Assembly: GCA_951406725.2 (NCBI GenBank)
Contig: OX597843.1
Span: 3,162,001 to 3,226,000, forward strand
Source of the DNA: Octopus vulgaris
Taxonomy: Eukaryota
Reading direction: 5' to 3'
DNA: 64,000 nucleotides
Shown: positions 24,844 to 38,733 of the stretch, in pieces
Layout: the number at the start of each line of letters is the position of its first letter
How positions within the stretch are numbered: the stretch's first letter is position 1
Made by a program: the position numbers and the translations under genes
Notes under the pieces: generated by a model
Told to the model about the DNA's origin: nothing
Databases searched by the model: none
What the model saw: only the letters and a program-made list of their open reading frames with translations

Positions 24844-25275
24844 GGCGATCTTACGGTATAAGTACCGAAATGCTTAACGGTATTTCGTCTGCCGTTACGT
24901 TCTGAGTTCAAATTCCGCCGAGGTCGACTTTCCCTTTCATCCTTTCTGCGTGGATAAATTAAGTACCTGTTACGCACTGGGGCCCATGTAATCGACTTAA
25001 TCCCTTTGTCCCCTTTGTGTTTAGCCCCTTGTGAGTAGTAAAGAAATAGGTATGAGTACCGCTGTACTTCCGCATGTACGGGATACGTTTCAAAAAAGGG
25101 TTTCTTTTATATATATGGGGGGTTAGGGTATGTGGCGATCCTTCGGTACATGTACACACGTGAGTTTACATATCTGAAGATAAGAGAAACCCTTTTCTCC
25201 CACCCCTAACCCCCCATATATAAAAAAACCCCCACTTTTTTTAAATGTATCCGGTACTTATACCGTAAGATCGCC
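24844..25275. mobile_element. MITE in intron 1 with 23-bp TIRs, an internal SINE piece and TTAGGG-like motifs
   Basis: ggcgatcttacggtataagtacc ... ggtacttataccgtaagatcgcc, flanked by agtg on both sides. Present in units 1, 2, 4, 5, 6 and 7; deleted in unit 3. Confidence 0.75.
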
Positions 25276-25310
25276 AGTGAAATAATAGTTTAACCATAGA
25301 GAGGCCTTAC

Positions 25311-25586
25311 CTGTCGACCGAGGCGGGACGAGCGATCGCTGCCCTTAAATTGAAGAAAAACAGGGTCCTGCCACCCTTGCCGTCTCTCATTGAATTGCGC
25401 CAACGTGCTTTCCGTCCGCGCATGCGCTCGTGGCTCTTTCGCCGGGGCCTGCAGTCTTCACTTCCGTTTACCTCACTATGCAATCCCCGTGACCATCACC
25501 CCAGAGCTCATTAAAACCCATAACGCCCACACATACGATTTTAGAAGACCGAACTTTGTGCGCGCGAGTTTGAGGAGCTTTACGAT
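25311..25586 (-). promoter_or_regulatory. CpG-rich promoter and first exon of ZNF1
   Basis: CAG|gtaag donor on the minus strand at 25311; NRF1-type GCGCATGCGC at 25418-25427; ETS-type CGGAAGTG at 25459-25466. Confidence 0.7.
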
Positions 25587-27546
25587 GGTACTACTCGAAA
25601 ACAGTGGTCCCGGTGCGCGCACTCGCGTAAGCTAGTCGTGACTGGTCGATCCTACGACGACCTACCTTGCAAAGTAAATAACACAAAAACACAATGTAAG
25701 GATCGACTAGTCATGACTAGCTGGCGCGTGTGCTTGTTCTCGTCTGTGTGTGTGTGTGCGTTTGTTCTTATCTGTGTGTGTGTGTGTGTGTGCTTGTTCT
25801 TTTCCATTCTGTTTCTATGTTTTTCCCTGGGTTTCTCGAGTATAGATATAACGACATTATACCAGCAATGTCTCATCTTAAAAAAAACCTTGCTTCTTTC
25901 TTCTCACCTGCTTCAGGTGTGTATGTAAAATCCGCCAATTTCCAACAGAAAAACGGAATCGAAGTTTATGCATCGCAAATATCAGGAAACCAGAATGCCG
26001 TATCGGTTATACTACTCTTCTACTTGTTTCAGTCATTTTACTGCGGCCATGCTGGAGCACCGCCATTTAGTTGAGCAAATCGACCCCAAGACTTATTCTT
26101 CGTAAGCCCAGTACTTATTCTATGGGTGTCTTTTGCCGAATCGCTAAGTTACGGGGATGTAAACACACCAGTATAGGTTGTCAAGCGACAAACATACACA
26201 CACATATTTATATATATATAGGCGCAGGAGTGGCTGTGTGGTAAGTAGCTTGTTTACCGACCACATGGTTCCGGGTTCAGTCCCACTGCGTGGCACCTTG
26301 GGCAAGTGTCTTCTACTATAGCCTCGGGCCGACCAAAGCCTTGTCAGTGGATTTGGTAGACAGAAACTGAAAGAAGCCCGTCGTATATATGTATATATAT
26401 ATATGTGTAGCTGTTTGCCCCCCTAGCATTGCTTGACAACCGATGCTGGTGTGTTTACGTCCCCGTCACCTAGCGTTTCGGCAAAAGAGACCCATAGAAT
26501 AAGTACTGGGCTTAGAAAGAATAAGTCCCGGGGTCGATTTGCTAAACTAAAAGCGGGGCCCCAGTATTGCCGCAGTCAAATGATTGAAACAAGTAAAAGA
26601 GTAATACCTCACCTTATGAGAACCTGCTCTACGAGACCCTGGGTTTACAAGTTTTTTTTCACCTCACTTTTCTATGATGAGCTGAAATTTTTCAAGCACA
26701 AGATCCATATATTGAATGAATTCCAAAAGTTTCTACTACCATAACAAATGCTTCTGCGTATTACCAAGAAATTTATGCAGGGCAAAAACACTAGACTTGT
26801 TTTTTAAAAAGAGATCTACAGGTCTGTCCATGAGTGCTTGTGAATTGGTGATTGTGTCCACAAGTGATGGTGTGTTTAAGTCAAATAAAACTGAAAGTAA
26901 TTCAGAAAACCATAATAATAATAATAATTTTTATTATAAATGATCTTGACATTCTTTTTATTTTACAAAAATACTTTTTACATTCTCCTGTTGTTTTATT
27001 GCCATTTATTTATGAGTATTATAAACTTTACAGGTAGAATATTTTTCTGGGAACCAATTGCCAGGACCCCTGGACTGGTGGTACGTAAAAAGCGCTATCC
27101 GTATCGTGGCCGATGCCAGCATCGCCTTGACTGGCTTCCGTGCCGGTGGCATGTAAAATGCACCAATCCAATCGTGGCCGTTGCCAGCCCCCTATGGGAG
27201 ATTATTGTTCTGTTTTACAAATTTCCGATTTACAAGCAGACTCTGTGAACTCCCATATCAAGGCATTATTTTATATATATTTGTGTGTGAAAGTAATAAA
27301 CTAAATACACGTTCAGGTGTAGTTTTATTAGGATTAAAATACCAGCAATGTCAGAGCAAAACTTTTTACAACAGTTCACCTGCATTTAATCAGGCACTCT
27401 CTCTTTTTCGTTGCGGTAGTCTTATTCTACTAGCGACACAAACAAGACGTGTGTTGTGTTTTATTATTTCTAAGATAATCTTATAGAAGATATTACCTTC
27501 ATGGAAAGAATTATGATACAGATACAATTACTCACTTGTATGAACA

Positions 27547-28057
27547 TGTAGTGACGTCATATTCCAGTGTGCGCACACGCAACGTCATTCTACACTGTGC
27601 GTGTGCGGAACGTCCTTCTTCAGTGTGCGTGTGCGGGATTGGAACCTTCTGAAAAGGCATAAGGAAGTTCCCCCATGCACATGCGCTAGAGACTAAAGAA
27701 GAAATTCTATCGCGTTCCTTAATAGCGTTGGGGACTTGAGACACAGCGATAGAAGAGAAAGGACGTATTTTAAACGTGTGATCAGCCTATTCTCCTGTCC
27801 CAGACGCTTAGGATTTCACCTGTTCTATTGCTGCAGAATTATTGTAAGAAGCTTACAAACGATAGAATTCAGCCTTGCTGTGTTGAACAAGGTGGATACC
27901 AGTATACCATCGTGTTTCATTGTTGAACCAAGAGAATAAAGAATTGTATATATTTTTAAACTTGCGTTTCGTTCCTGACTGGTAGTTTCTAGAAACAAAA
28001 AGAAAGGAAATTGTGTTGCACCCCAAAAGTGTACAGAAGCAACCAGTTCCCTTTACA
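27547..28057 (+). mobile_element. Solo LTR, paralogous copy behind ZNF2
   Basis: Same 511-bp sequence and AACA TSD. Confidence 0.8.
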
Positions 28058-28162
28058 AACACATTACTTTTGTAATGAATTGTCTTTTTGGGGAATGATT
28101 TATCACAGATATCACAGTGATATGGCTTCTACCATGCAAAAGTTTACTTATGTATAGTTAAG

Positions 28163-29806
28163 TTACCATTTTAAGTTACCACAGTCAAATGGCTTCTCTC
28201 CTGTATGAACACGTCTGTATTTAGCTAAGTGATCACTTCGAGAGAATGATTTACCACAGATATCACAGTGATATGTCCTCTCTCCTATATGAACAAGTTT
28301 GTGTCTAGTTAAGTTATGACTTCGAGAGAATGATTTACCACAGATCTCACAGTGATATGGCTTCTCTCCCGTATGAATACGTTTGTGTGTAATTAGAGTA
28401 TCTTTCCGAGTAAATGATTTACCACAAATGTCACAGTCAAATGGCTTCTCCCCTGTATGAACACGTCTGTGTTTATTTAAGTCAGGCCTTCTAGAGAATG
28501 ATTTACCACAGATATCACAGTGGAATGTCCTCTCTCCTATATGAACAGGTTTGTGTCTAGTTAAGTTACTGCCATCAGAGAATGATTTACCACAGATATC
28601 ACACCGATATGGCTTCTCTCCCGTATGAATACGTTTGTGTGTAATTAGATTACCTTTCTGAGTAAATATTTTACCACAGATCTCACAGTGATAGGGTTTC
28701 TCTCTTGTGTGAGTGAATTTGTGTATAGATAGTTTATTTCCTTCAGAGAATGATTTACCACAGATATCACACTGATGTGGCTTCACTCCTGTATGAACAC
28801 GTTTGTGTGCATTTAAGTTACTGCTCAAAGCGAGTGATTTATCACAGATCTCACAGTGATAGGGTTTCTCTCCTGTATGAATACGTTTGTGTCTAGTTAC
28901 ATGTTTTTGTTCAGAGAATGATTTACCGCAGATATCGCAGTGATATGGCTTCTCTCCTGTATGAACACGTTTGTGTGTAATTAGAGTACCTTTCTGAGCA
29001 AATGATTTACCACAAATGTCACAGTGGTATGTCCTCTCTACAATATGAACAAGTTTATGTCTAGTTAAGCCACTGACATGAGAGAATGATTTACCACAGA
29101 TATCACAGTGGAATGTCCTCTCTACAATATGAACAAGTTTATGTCTAGTTAAGCCACTGACATCAGAGAACGATTTACCACAGATATCACACCGATATGG
29201 CTTCTCTCCCGTATGAATACGTTTGTGTGTAATTAGATTACCTTTCTGAGCAAATGATTTACCACAAATGTCACAGTGGTATGTCCTCTCTACAATATGA
29301 ACAAGTTTATGTGTAGTTAAGCCACTGACATCAGAGAATGATTTACCACAGATATCACACCGATATGGCTTCTCTCCCGTATGAATACGTTTGTGTGTAA
29401 TTAGATTACCTTTCTGAGTAAATAATTTACCACAGATCTCACAGTGATAGGGTTTCTCTCCTGTGTGAATGCGTTTGTGTATAGTTAAGTAACTATTTTG
29501 AGGGAATGATTTACCACAGATATCGCAGTGATATGGCTTTTCCCCTGTATGAATGCGTTTATGTCTAGTCAAGAGATTGCTTTGAGAGAATGATTTACCA
29601 CAGATATCACAGTGATATGTCTTATCTCCTGTATGAATACGTTTGTGAACAATGAGTTTACCTTTTTGAGAGAATGACATTTTACATATATCACAAGAAT
29701 AGGGTTTTTGCCCTCTGTCTTTTGGCTTCTCATCAAGAAAATCATTATTGTCAAACACTGATTTACATTTAACACTGCCGCCTTCACAGAATTCGTTTTC
29801 CATCAT
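28163..29806 (-). CDS. C2H2 zinc-finger protein ZNF2, 547 aa, 18 fingers
   Basis: Close paralog of ZNF1 lacking several whole fingers; C-terminus cut by a deletion (..FDCGNLKW*). Confidence 0.93.
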   Translation of the reverse strand: MMENEFCEGGSVKCKSVFDNNDFLDEKPKDRGQKPYSCDICKMSFSQKGKLIVHKRIHTGDKTYHCDICGKSFSQSNLLTRHKRIHTGEKPYHCDICGKSFPQNSYLTIHKRIHTGEKPYHCEICGKLFTQKGNLITHKRIHTGEKPYRCDICGKSFSDVSGLTTHKLVHIVERTYHCDICGKSFAQKGNLITHKRIHTGEKPYRCDICGKSFSDVSGLTRHKLVHIVERTFHCDICGKSFSHVSGLTRHKLVHIVERTYHCDICGKSFAQKGTLITHKRVHTGEKPYHCDICGKSFSEQKHVTRHKRIHTGEKPYHCEICDKSLALSSNLNAHKRVHTGVKPHQCDICGKSFSEGNKLSIHKFTHTREKPYHCEICGKIFTQKGNLITHKRIHTGEKPYRCDICGKSFSDGSNLTRHKPVHIGERTFHCDICGKSFSRRPDLNKHRRVHTGEKPFDCDICGKSFTRKDTLITHKRIHTGEKPYHCEICGKSFSRSHNLTRHKLVHIGERTYHCDICGKSFSRSDHLAKYRRVHTGEKPFDCGNLKW

Positions 29807-30912
29807 TTTCTTCCTCTTACCACAATGTTCAGATGTTTTACTTTTTCCGAACTAAATTTTGTTTTCATTAACAAATATTTATTCCCTTTATATTTCCTGA
29901 ATCTTCTGTTATCTGAAGATGCCTCAAACTCCTTTGTCATCCAAGTTTAATTAGAATACCATATCATCTTCAAAACATTCCAGACAGTGAAGAAGTAGAG
30001 ATATTTCACTAACAGTCTTACTCGGAAGAAATATTCCACAGTAATTCCACCATGTGTTTACATATTCCGTGTGATATCTGTTCCCTGTGATGTTCTCCTT
30101 TAATCTTTGAAAGATGGCAAACGTCGATTCTGACCACTGAAGTATTCTTTGCTGCCAATGTCTTCTGGTTATCTGAAATATCAGAGAAACTGCGTCAATC
30201 AGGGAGGAGACAGAAATTTAAGGTTAGTTAGTTAGTTAATTTTTAGCTCAAAATGCAAAAAGCAAGGCCATGTAGGGGGACATGGAGTTATGTACAGGGT
30301 GGTGTTCATGTAAAGAGTTCAGGCCACTTGTGGTCAAGGGAGACTTTGAACCGAGCGGCCGTTGGCATCTTCACCATCTCGTCCGGCAGTTTATCCCACG
30401 GAGCCGCAACACGGACAGGGAAAGACCCTCTCCTTCGATTGAGATGAAATCGTCGCAGATAGAGCTTTTCGGAATGACCCCGCAGCCAACGCTCTGGAGC
30501 AGGAGCGAAGAACAGCTCTTTTGAGAGGTTACACTTTCTGCTTATGATGTTGTGAGCAAGAATGAGATCACCAAGGCATCGTCGTTTTTCTAGAGAATAA
30601 AGGTCGAGCGTCGTCAGCCTTTCTTCATAAGACAAATTCTTGACACCAAGAACCATGCGGGTAGCCAGCTTCAGGACTCTTTAGAGATGCTGTATGTCTT
30701 TGAGGAGATAAGGAGAAGAGGCTTGAATCCCGTACTCCAATATGGGTCTCACCAGCGTGACATAGAGCGGTAGGAATAATACAAACAGTATAGCTGGGTT
30801 ATACTGCTAGTATATATATATATATATGTATTTATACATATATATATATATATGTATGTCTATATATACATGCATGTATGTATATATATATATATAAATA
30901 TATATGCATATA

Positions 30913-30952
<40 letters not shown>

Positions 30953-31084
30953 AATGTATGTATGTGTGTGTGTGTATATATATATATATATGTATGTACA
31001 TATATACATGCATGTATGTATATATATATATATACATACATATATATGTATATATATATATATACATATATATACATACATATA

Positions 31085-31122
<38 letters not shown>

Positions 31123-32080
31123 TACATATATATGTACGTATGTATTTATATATATATACATACATACATACATATATATATATATGTATGTATATATATA
31201 TGCATACATATTGATATTAATAACTTCACCGCACACCCACACATTCAACTCCATAATAACAACAACAGATCCTAAAGATGGTCCCATGGCCTTTTCTTTG
31301 ATAATATCTTTCTTGCTTATTGAAATTCAGTTCAATGCACACTTGCCTTCAACCAACCATTTCTCTTTGTGTGTGTGTGTGTATGTTTTTGATAATCGTT
31401 TAGAACAAGTAGTTTTACACCTATTACACTATTTTGTCCATTTTTTTCTGGCCAGGGTCAAACACTTTTGACACTAGTTTAAAGGCCATGGACCTTTTTT
31501 TTTCTTCTTTTTTCTTCCCGGGTCAAAGGCGTTAGTTTGACCCATTAACCAACACTATCGAAGTGAAATGGCGATCGTGTACTTCCGGAAGTGGGCGATC
31601 TTACGGTATAAGTACCGAAATGCTTAACGGTATTTCGTCTGCCGTTACGTTCTGAGTTCAAATTCCGCCGAGGTCGACTTTGCATTTCATCCTTTCGGGG
31701 TCGATTAATTAAGTACCTGTTACGCACTGGGGCCCATGTAATCGACTTAATCCCTTTGTCTGTCCTTGTTTGTCCCCTCTGTGTTTAGCCCCTTGTGGGT
31801 AGTAAAGAAATAGGTATAAGTACCGCTGTACTTCCGCAAGTACGGGATACGTTTCAAAAAAGGGTTTCTTTTGTATATGTGGGGGATTAGGGTTAGGGTA
31901 TGTGGCGATCCTTCGGTACACGTACACACGTGATATTACATTTCTGAAGATAAGAGAAACCCTTTTCTCCCACCCCTAACCCCCCATGTATAAAAAAAAA
32001 CCCACTTTTTTTAAATGTATCCGGTACTTATACCGTAAGATCGCCAGTGAAATAATAGTTTAACCATAGAGAGGCCTTAC

Positions 32081-32356
32081 CTGTCGACCGAGGCGGGACG
32101 AGCGATCGCTGCCCTTAAATTGAAGAAAAACAGGGTCCTGCCACCCTTGCCGTCTCTTATTTAATTGCGCCAACGTCCTTTCTGTCCGCGCATGCGCCCG
32201 TGGCTCTTTCGCCGGTGCCTGCAGTCTTCACTTCCGTTTACCTCGATATGTAATCGCCGTGACCATCACCCCAGAGCTCATTAAAACACATAACGCCCAC
32301 ACATACGATTTTAGAAGACCGAACTTTGTGCGCGCGAGTTTGAGGAGCTTTACGAT
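32081..32356 (-). promoter_or_regulatory. Promoter and first exon of ZNF2
   Basis: Donor at 32081; GCGCATGCGC at 32188-32197. Confidence 0.7.
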
Positions 32357-34585
32357 GGTACTACTCGAGAACAGTGGTCCCGGTGCGCGCACTTGCGTAA
32401 GCTAGCCGTGACTAGTCGATCCTACGACGACCTACCTTGCAAAGTAAATAACACAATGTAAGGATCGACTAGTCATGACTAGCTGGCGCGTGTGCTTGTT
32501 CTTCTGTGTGTGTGTGTGTTTGTTCTTCTGTGTGTGTGTGTGTTTGTTCTTGTCCGTGTGTGTGTGTGCTTCCTTTCCATTCTGTTTCTATGTTTTTCCC
32601 TGGGTTTCTCGAGTATAGATATAACGACATTATACCAGCAATGTCTCATCTTAAAAAAAAACCTTGCTTATTTGTTCTCACCTGCTTCAGGTGTGTATGT
32701 AAAATCCGCCAATTTCCAACAAGAAAAACGGAATCGAAGTTTATGCATCGCAAATATCAGGAAACCAGAATGCCGTATCGGTTATACTACTCTTCTACCT
32801 GTTTCAGTCACTTGACTGCGGCCATGCTGGAGCACGGACATTTAGTTGAGCAAATCGACCCCAAGACTTATTCTTCGTAAGCCCAGTATTTATTCTATGG
32901 GTGTCTTTTGCCGAACCGCTAAGTTACGGAAACGTAAACACACCAGCATCGGTTGTTGGGGGACAAACATACACACACACACACATTTATATATATATAG
33001 GCGCAGGAGTGGCTGTGTGGTAAGTAGCTTGCTAACCAACCACATGTTTCCGGGTTCAGTCCCACTGCGTGGCACCTTCGGCAAGTTTCTTCTACTATAG
33101 CCTCGGGCTGCCGAAGGCCTGGTGAGTGGATTTGGTAGACGGAAACTGAAAGAAGCCTGTCGTATATATGTATGTGTTTGTCCCCCTAGCATTGTTTGAC
33201 AACCGATGCTGGTGTGTTTAAATTCCCGTCACTTAGCGGTTCGGCAAAAGACACCGATAGAATATGTTCAGGGCTTACAAAGAATAAGTCCCGGGGTCGA
33301 TTTGCTCGACTAAAGGCGGTGCTCCAGCATGGCCGCAGTCAAATGACTGAAACAAGTAAAAGACTAAAAGAGTAATACCTCACCTTACGAGAACCTGCTC
33401 TACGAGACCCTGGGTTTACAAGTTTTTTTTCACCTCACTTTTCTATGATGAGCTGAAATCTTTCAAGCACAAGATCCATATATTGAATGAATTCCAAAAG
33501 TTTCTACTACCATAACAAATGCTTCTGCTTATTACCAAGAAATTTATAGGGGGCAAAAACTCTAGACTTGTTTTTTAAAAAGAGATCTACAGGTCTGTCC
33601 ATGAGTGCTTGTGAATTGGTGATTGGGTCCACAAGTGATGGTGTGTTTAAGTCTAGTGAAAATGAAAGTAATTCAGAAAACCATAATAATAATAATTTTT
33701 ATTATAAATGATCTTGACATTCTTTTTATTTTACAAAAAATATTTTTTACATTCTCCTGTTGTTTTATTGCCATTTATTTATGAGTATCATAAATTTTAC
33801 AGGTAGAATATTTTTCTGGGAACCAATTGCCAGGACTCCTGGACTGGTGGTACGCAAAAAGCGCTATCCGCATCGCGGCCGATGCCAGCGTCGCCTCGAC
33901 TATCTTCCGTGCCGGTGTCATATAAATGCATCACTCCAATCGTGCCCATTGCCAGCCTCGCCAGGCACCTGTAAAGGTGGCACGTAAAAAGCACCCACTA
34001 CACTCACGGAGTGGTTGGCTTTAGGAAGGGCATCCAGCTGTAGAAACACTGCCAGATCAGACTGGAGCCTGGTGCAGCCTTCTGGCTTCCCAAATCCCCG
34101 GTTGAACCGTCCAATCCATGCTAGCATGGAAAGCAGACGCTAAACGATGATGATGATGAATTAGGATTTAAAACACTGCTCCTATGGGAGATTATTGTTC
34201 TGTTTTACAAGTTTCCGGTTTACAAGCGAACTCTGTGAACTCCCATATCAAGGCATTATTTTATATATATTTGTGTGTGTGAAAGTGATAACCTAAATAC
34301 ACGTTCAGGTGTAGTTTTATTAGGATTAAAATACCAGCAATGTCAGAGCAAAACTTTTTACAACAGTTCACCTGCATTTAATCAGGCACTCTCTCTTTTC
34401 GTTGCGGTAGTCTTATTCTACTAGCGACACAAACAGGACGTGTGTTGTGTTTCATTATTTCTAAGATAATCTTATAGAAGATATTACCTTCATAGAAAGA
34501 ATTATGATACAGATACAATTACTCACTTGTATGAACATATTACTTGTGTAATGAATTGTCTTTTTGGGGAATGATTTATCGCAGA

Positions 34586-34968
34586 CTAGCAGTATCGCCC
34601 GGCGTTGCTCGGGTTTGTAAGGGAAATAACTATATAAGCATTTTTAGAGATGTAAAGTATAATAGCAATCCCAATATGGCTAACCACAAAGTGGGGTGTT
34701 ACTGTAGCTTTTAAAGTTCTGAGATTTAATAATACATTTTTAGAGAGTTACTTCCCTCATATAATAGGAAAAAACCCATTAAAAATGGGGAAAAATTATG
34801 GTAAATCATTTTAAAAATCGTAGACTCACGCTAATACCCAGAAGGGCTCGATATGAATCACGACTATAAGATACCTGCTTTTGGTTAAACTGCACCGCAA
34901 AATGTGGGAGTAGTTAGGAATCTAAATTGTAGGAGACAGACACACAACTTCACTTTTATATATAAAGA
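34586..34968 (-). mobile_element. Non-autonomous Helitron in ZNF3 3' region
   Basis: 5' TC, 3' hairpin + CTAG, inserted between A and T without TSD (empty site in ZNF1, 2, 4, 6). Confidence 0.85.
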
Positions 34969-35213
34969 TATCACAGTGATATGGCTTCCCCCATGCAAAA
35001 ATTTACTTATGTATAGTTAAGTTACCATTTTGATAGAAGGATGTATTATAGATTTTTTCACCCGCAACAATGGATTTGTCTTTAGTTAGCTGATTATTTT
35101 GAGAGAATGATTTATCACAGTGATATGGCTTTTCTCCCTTATGTGTAAGTTTGTGTCTAGCCAAGCTATTTTTCATAGAAAATGATTTACGACAGATCTC
35201 AGTGATATGGCTT

Positions 35214-35984
35214 CTATCCTGTATGAACACGTATGTGATTAGCTAACTGATCACTTCGAGAGAATGATTTACCACAGATATCACAGTGGAATGTCATCTC
35301 TACAATATGAACAGGTTTGTGTCTAGTGAAGCTACTGCCATGAGAGAATGATTTACCACAGATATCACACTGATATGGCTTCTCTCCCGTATGAATACGT
35401 TTGTGTGTAATTAGAGCACCTTTCCGAGTAAATAGTTTACCACAGATCTCACAGTGATAGGGTTTCTCTCCTGTGTGAGTGAATTTGTGTCTAGTTAAGT
35501 GAACATTTTTAGAGAATGATTTATCACAGATATCACACTGATATTGCTTCTCTCCTGTATGAATATGTTTGTGTTTATTTAAGGTACTGCTCAAAGAGAA
35601 TGATTTACCACAGATCTCACAGTGATAGGGTTTCTCTCCTGTATGACTGCGTTTGTGTCTAGTTAAGTGATAGGTTTGAGAGAATGATTTATCACAGATC
35701 TCACAGTGATATGGCCTCTCACCTGTATGAACACGTCTGTGTTTAGTTAAGTGACTATTTTGATAGAATGATTTACCACAGATATCGCAGTGATATGTCT
35801 TATCTCCTGTATGAACACGTTTGTGAACAATGAGTTTACCTTTCTGAGAGAATGACATGTTACATATATCACAAGAATAGGGTTTTTGCCCTCCGTCTTT
35901 TGGCTTCTCATCAAGAAACTCATTATTGTCAGACTCTGATTTACATTTAACACTGCCGCCTTCACAGAATTCGTTTTCCATCAT
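35214..35984 (-). CDS. C2H2 zinc-finger protein ZNF3, 256 aa, 8 fingers (prematurely terminated)
   Basis: GAG>TAG in the TGEKP linker; a frameshifted ninth finger ([15 protein letters not shown]) follows. Confidence 0.85.
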   Translation of the reverse strand: MMENEFCEGGSVKCKSESDNNEFLDEKPKDGGQKPYSCDICNMSFSQKGKLIVHKRVHTGDKTYHCDICGKSFYQNSHLTKHRRVHTGERPYHCEICDKSFSQTYHLTRHKRSHTGEKPYHCEICGKSFSLSSTLNKHKHIHTGEKQYQCDICDKSFSKNVHLTRHKFTHTGEKPYHCEICGKLFTRKGALITHKRIHTGEKPYQCDICGKSFSHGSSFTRHKPVHIVEMTFHCDICGKSFSRSDQLANHIRVHTG

Positions 35985-36867
35985 TTTCTTCCTCTTACCA
36001 CAATGTTCAGATGTTTTACTTTTTCAAACAAAATTCTGTTTTTATTAACAAATATTTATTCTCTTTATATTTCCTGAATCTTCTGTTATCTGAAGATGCC
36101 TCAAACTCCTTTGTCATCCAAGTTTAATTAGAATACCATATCATCTTCAAAACATTCCAGACAGTGAAGAAGTAGAGATATTTCACTAACAGTCTTACTC
36201 GGAAGAAATATTCCACAGTAATTCCACCATGTGTTTACATATTCCGTGTGATATCTGTTCCCTGTGATGTTCTCCTTTAATCTTTGAAAGATGGCAAACG
36301 TTGATTCTGACCACTGAAGTATTCTTTGCTGCCAATGTCTTCTGGTTATCTGAAATATCAGAGAAACTGCGTCAATCAGGGAGGAGACATAGAAATTTAA
36401 GGTTAGTTCGTTAGTTAATTTTTTGGCTCAAAAAGCAAAAAGCAAGGCCATGTAGGGGGACATGGAGTTATGTACAGGGTGGTGTTCATGTAAAGAGTTC
36501 AGGCCACTTGTGGTCAAGGGAGACTTTGAACCGAGCGGTCTTTGGCATCTTCACCATCTCGTCCGGCAGCTTATCCCACGGATCTGCAACCCGGACGGAG
36601 GAAGCCCCTCTCCTTCGATTGAGATGAAATCGTCGCAGATAGAGCTTTTCGGAATGACCCCGCAGCCGACGCTCTGGAGCAGGAGTGAAGAACAGCTCTT
36701 TTGAGAGGTTACACTTACCACTTATGATGTTGTGAGCAAGAATGAGATCACCACGGGACTTATTCTTTGTAAGCCTAGTACTTATTCTATGGTCTCTTTT
36801 GCCGAACCGCTAAGTGACGGGGATGTAAACACACCAGCTTGGTTGTCAAGCAATGCTAGGGGGACAA

Positions 36868-36902
<35 letters not shown>

Positions 36903-37064
36903 CGACAGGCTTCTTTCAGTTTCCCTCTACAAAATCCAATCACAAGGCATTGGTCGGCCCGGGGCTATACCAGAAGACACTTGCCCAAGATGCCACGCAG
37001 AGGGACTGAGCCCGGAACCATGTGGTTGGTTAGCAAGCTACTTACCACACAGCCACTCCTGCAC

Positions 37065-37101
<37 letters not shown>

Positions 37102-37966
37102 AGGCTTCTTTCAGTTTCCGTCTACCAAACCTACTCACAAGGCTTTGGTCGGCCTGAGGCTATAGCAGAAGACACTTGCCCAAGATGCCACGCAGTGGGA
37201 CTGAACCCGGAACCGTGTGGTTGGTTAGCAAGCTACTTACCACACAGCCAATCCTGTAGAATTTCTGAAGAATTCTACCATAGGTGCAGGCATGGCTGCA
37301 GGGTAAGAAGCTTGCTTCCCGCGCATGCGTCGGTCAGTTTGGTGTGCTGGCTTTTGACGAGACAAACGGAATTTCTCGAGCTGCTTCGCGGCGGTTTGTC
37401 GGTGAGTGTTGTACCGGTGGCAAGGAATATATTCTGTTTGGTTTGAAATAAAGAACTTCTTTAGCTTAATAATCCTAACTTAATGCCGAGAAAAGCTGGG
37501 TTATGCTGCTAGTATATCATCATCATCATCATCATCATCGTTTAACGTCCGTTTTCCGCGCTAGCACGGGTTGGACGGTTCGACCGGGGTCTGGGAAGCC
37601 AGGGGCCGCTCCAGGCTCCAGTCTGATTCTGGCAGAGTTTCTACGGCTGGATGCCCTTCCTAACGCCAACCACTCCGTGAGTGGATTGGGTGCTTTTTAC
37701 GTGCCACCTGCACAGGGGCCGGGGGGTCCGGCATCGGTCACGATCGGTTCGAGCATATATATATATGTATGTATAAATATACGTGCATGTATGTATATAT
37801 ATATATAAATATATGTATGTATTTATATATATATATGCATTTATATATATATATGCATTTATATATATATATGCATTTATATATATATATATACATTTAT
37901 ATATATATATACATTTATATATATATATACATTTATATATATATATACATTTATATATATATATAC

Positions 37967-37999
<33 letters not shown>

Positions 38000-38000
<1 letters not shown>

Positions 38001-38533
38001 TAACAATATAGGGTGAAATTAATTAATTTGGAATAATTATTAATTACACTAAGTAGATTTCGGCATGTAAAAGCCTCATTCGAGGAAAATTTAAGTAATA
38101 CTAAGTAATTAAGGGTTTAGCAACGAATTGCCTGCCACACACCGTATTTAGAAATAGCAGTCGAAGAGTTATAGCTATTCCTTCTACTAAAAGGGAGATC
38201 TCAGTAAAAACACAGCACTTGAAAGGCAAACACAGACAGGTAAGAAAGAATGAAATGACGGCAATCTATCATACAATTTTAAGTCACCTACGGACGTACG
38301 TTTCGAAATCAAGTTTTAGGAAAGCATAAGAATTAGAAAATTCTACTTGATTTCGAAACTTAAAATTGTATTTCATTCTTTCTTACCTGTCTGTGTTTGC
38401 CTTTCAAGTGCTGTGTTTTTACTGAGATCTCCCTTTTAGTAGAAGCAATAGCTATATCTCTTTGACTGCTATTTCTAAATTCGGTGTGTGGCGAGGCAAT
38501 TCGTTGCTAAACCCTTAATTACTTAGTATTACT
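38000..38533. mobile_element. Penelope-like fold-back fragment with 3' half of a hammerhead
   Basis: Arms ~38094-38270 and ~38365-38533 are inverted. Minus strand 38287-38304 reads GAAAcgtacgTC-cgtagg; the CTGANGA half is absent. Confidence 0.55.
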
Positions 38534-38733
38534 ATATATATATATACATACATATATATGTATGTATATACATATACATGTACATATGTATTTATATATA
38601 TATACATACATATATATATGTATGTATTTATATATTTATATATATATACACTTACATACATATGTATGTATTTATATATTTATATATATATACACATACA
38701 TACATATATATGTATGTATGTATATATATATGC

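Noticed and set aside
25390-25635. 81-aa ORF (MNCANVLSVRACARG..) repeated in most units
   Set aside because: TTG start, antisense to the promoter, runs into the MITE, and is broken in units 2 and 3; explained by GC content and recent duplication.
38065-38090. Additional hammerhead on the minus strand (cgaatga-ggc..gcc-gaaa)
   Set aside because: Core deviates from CTGANGA and stems I/III could not be formed.
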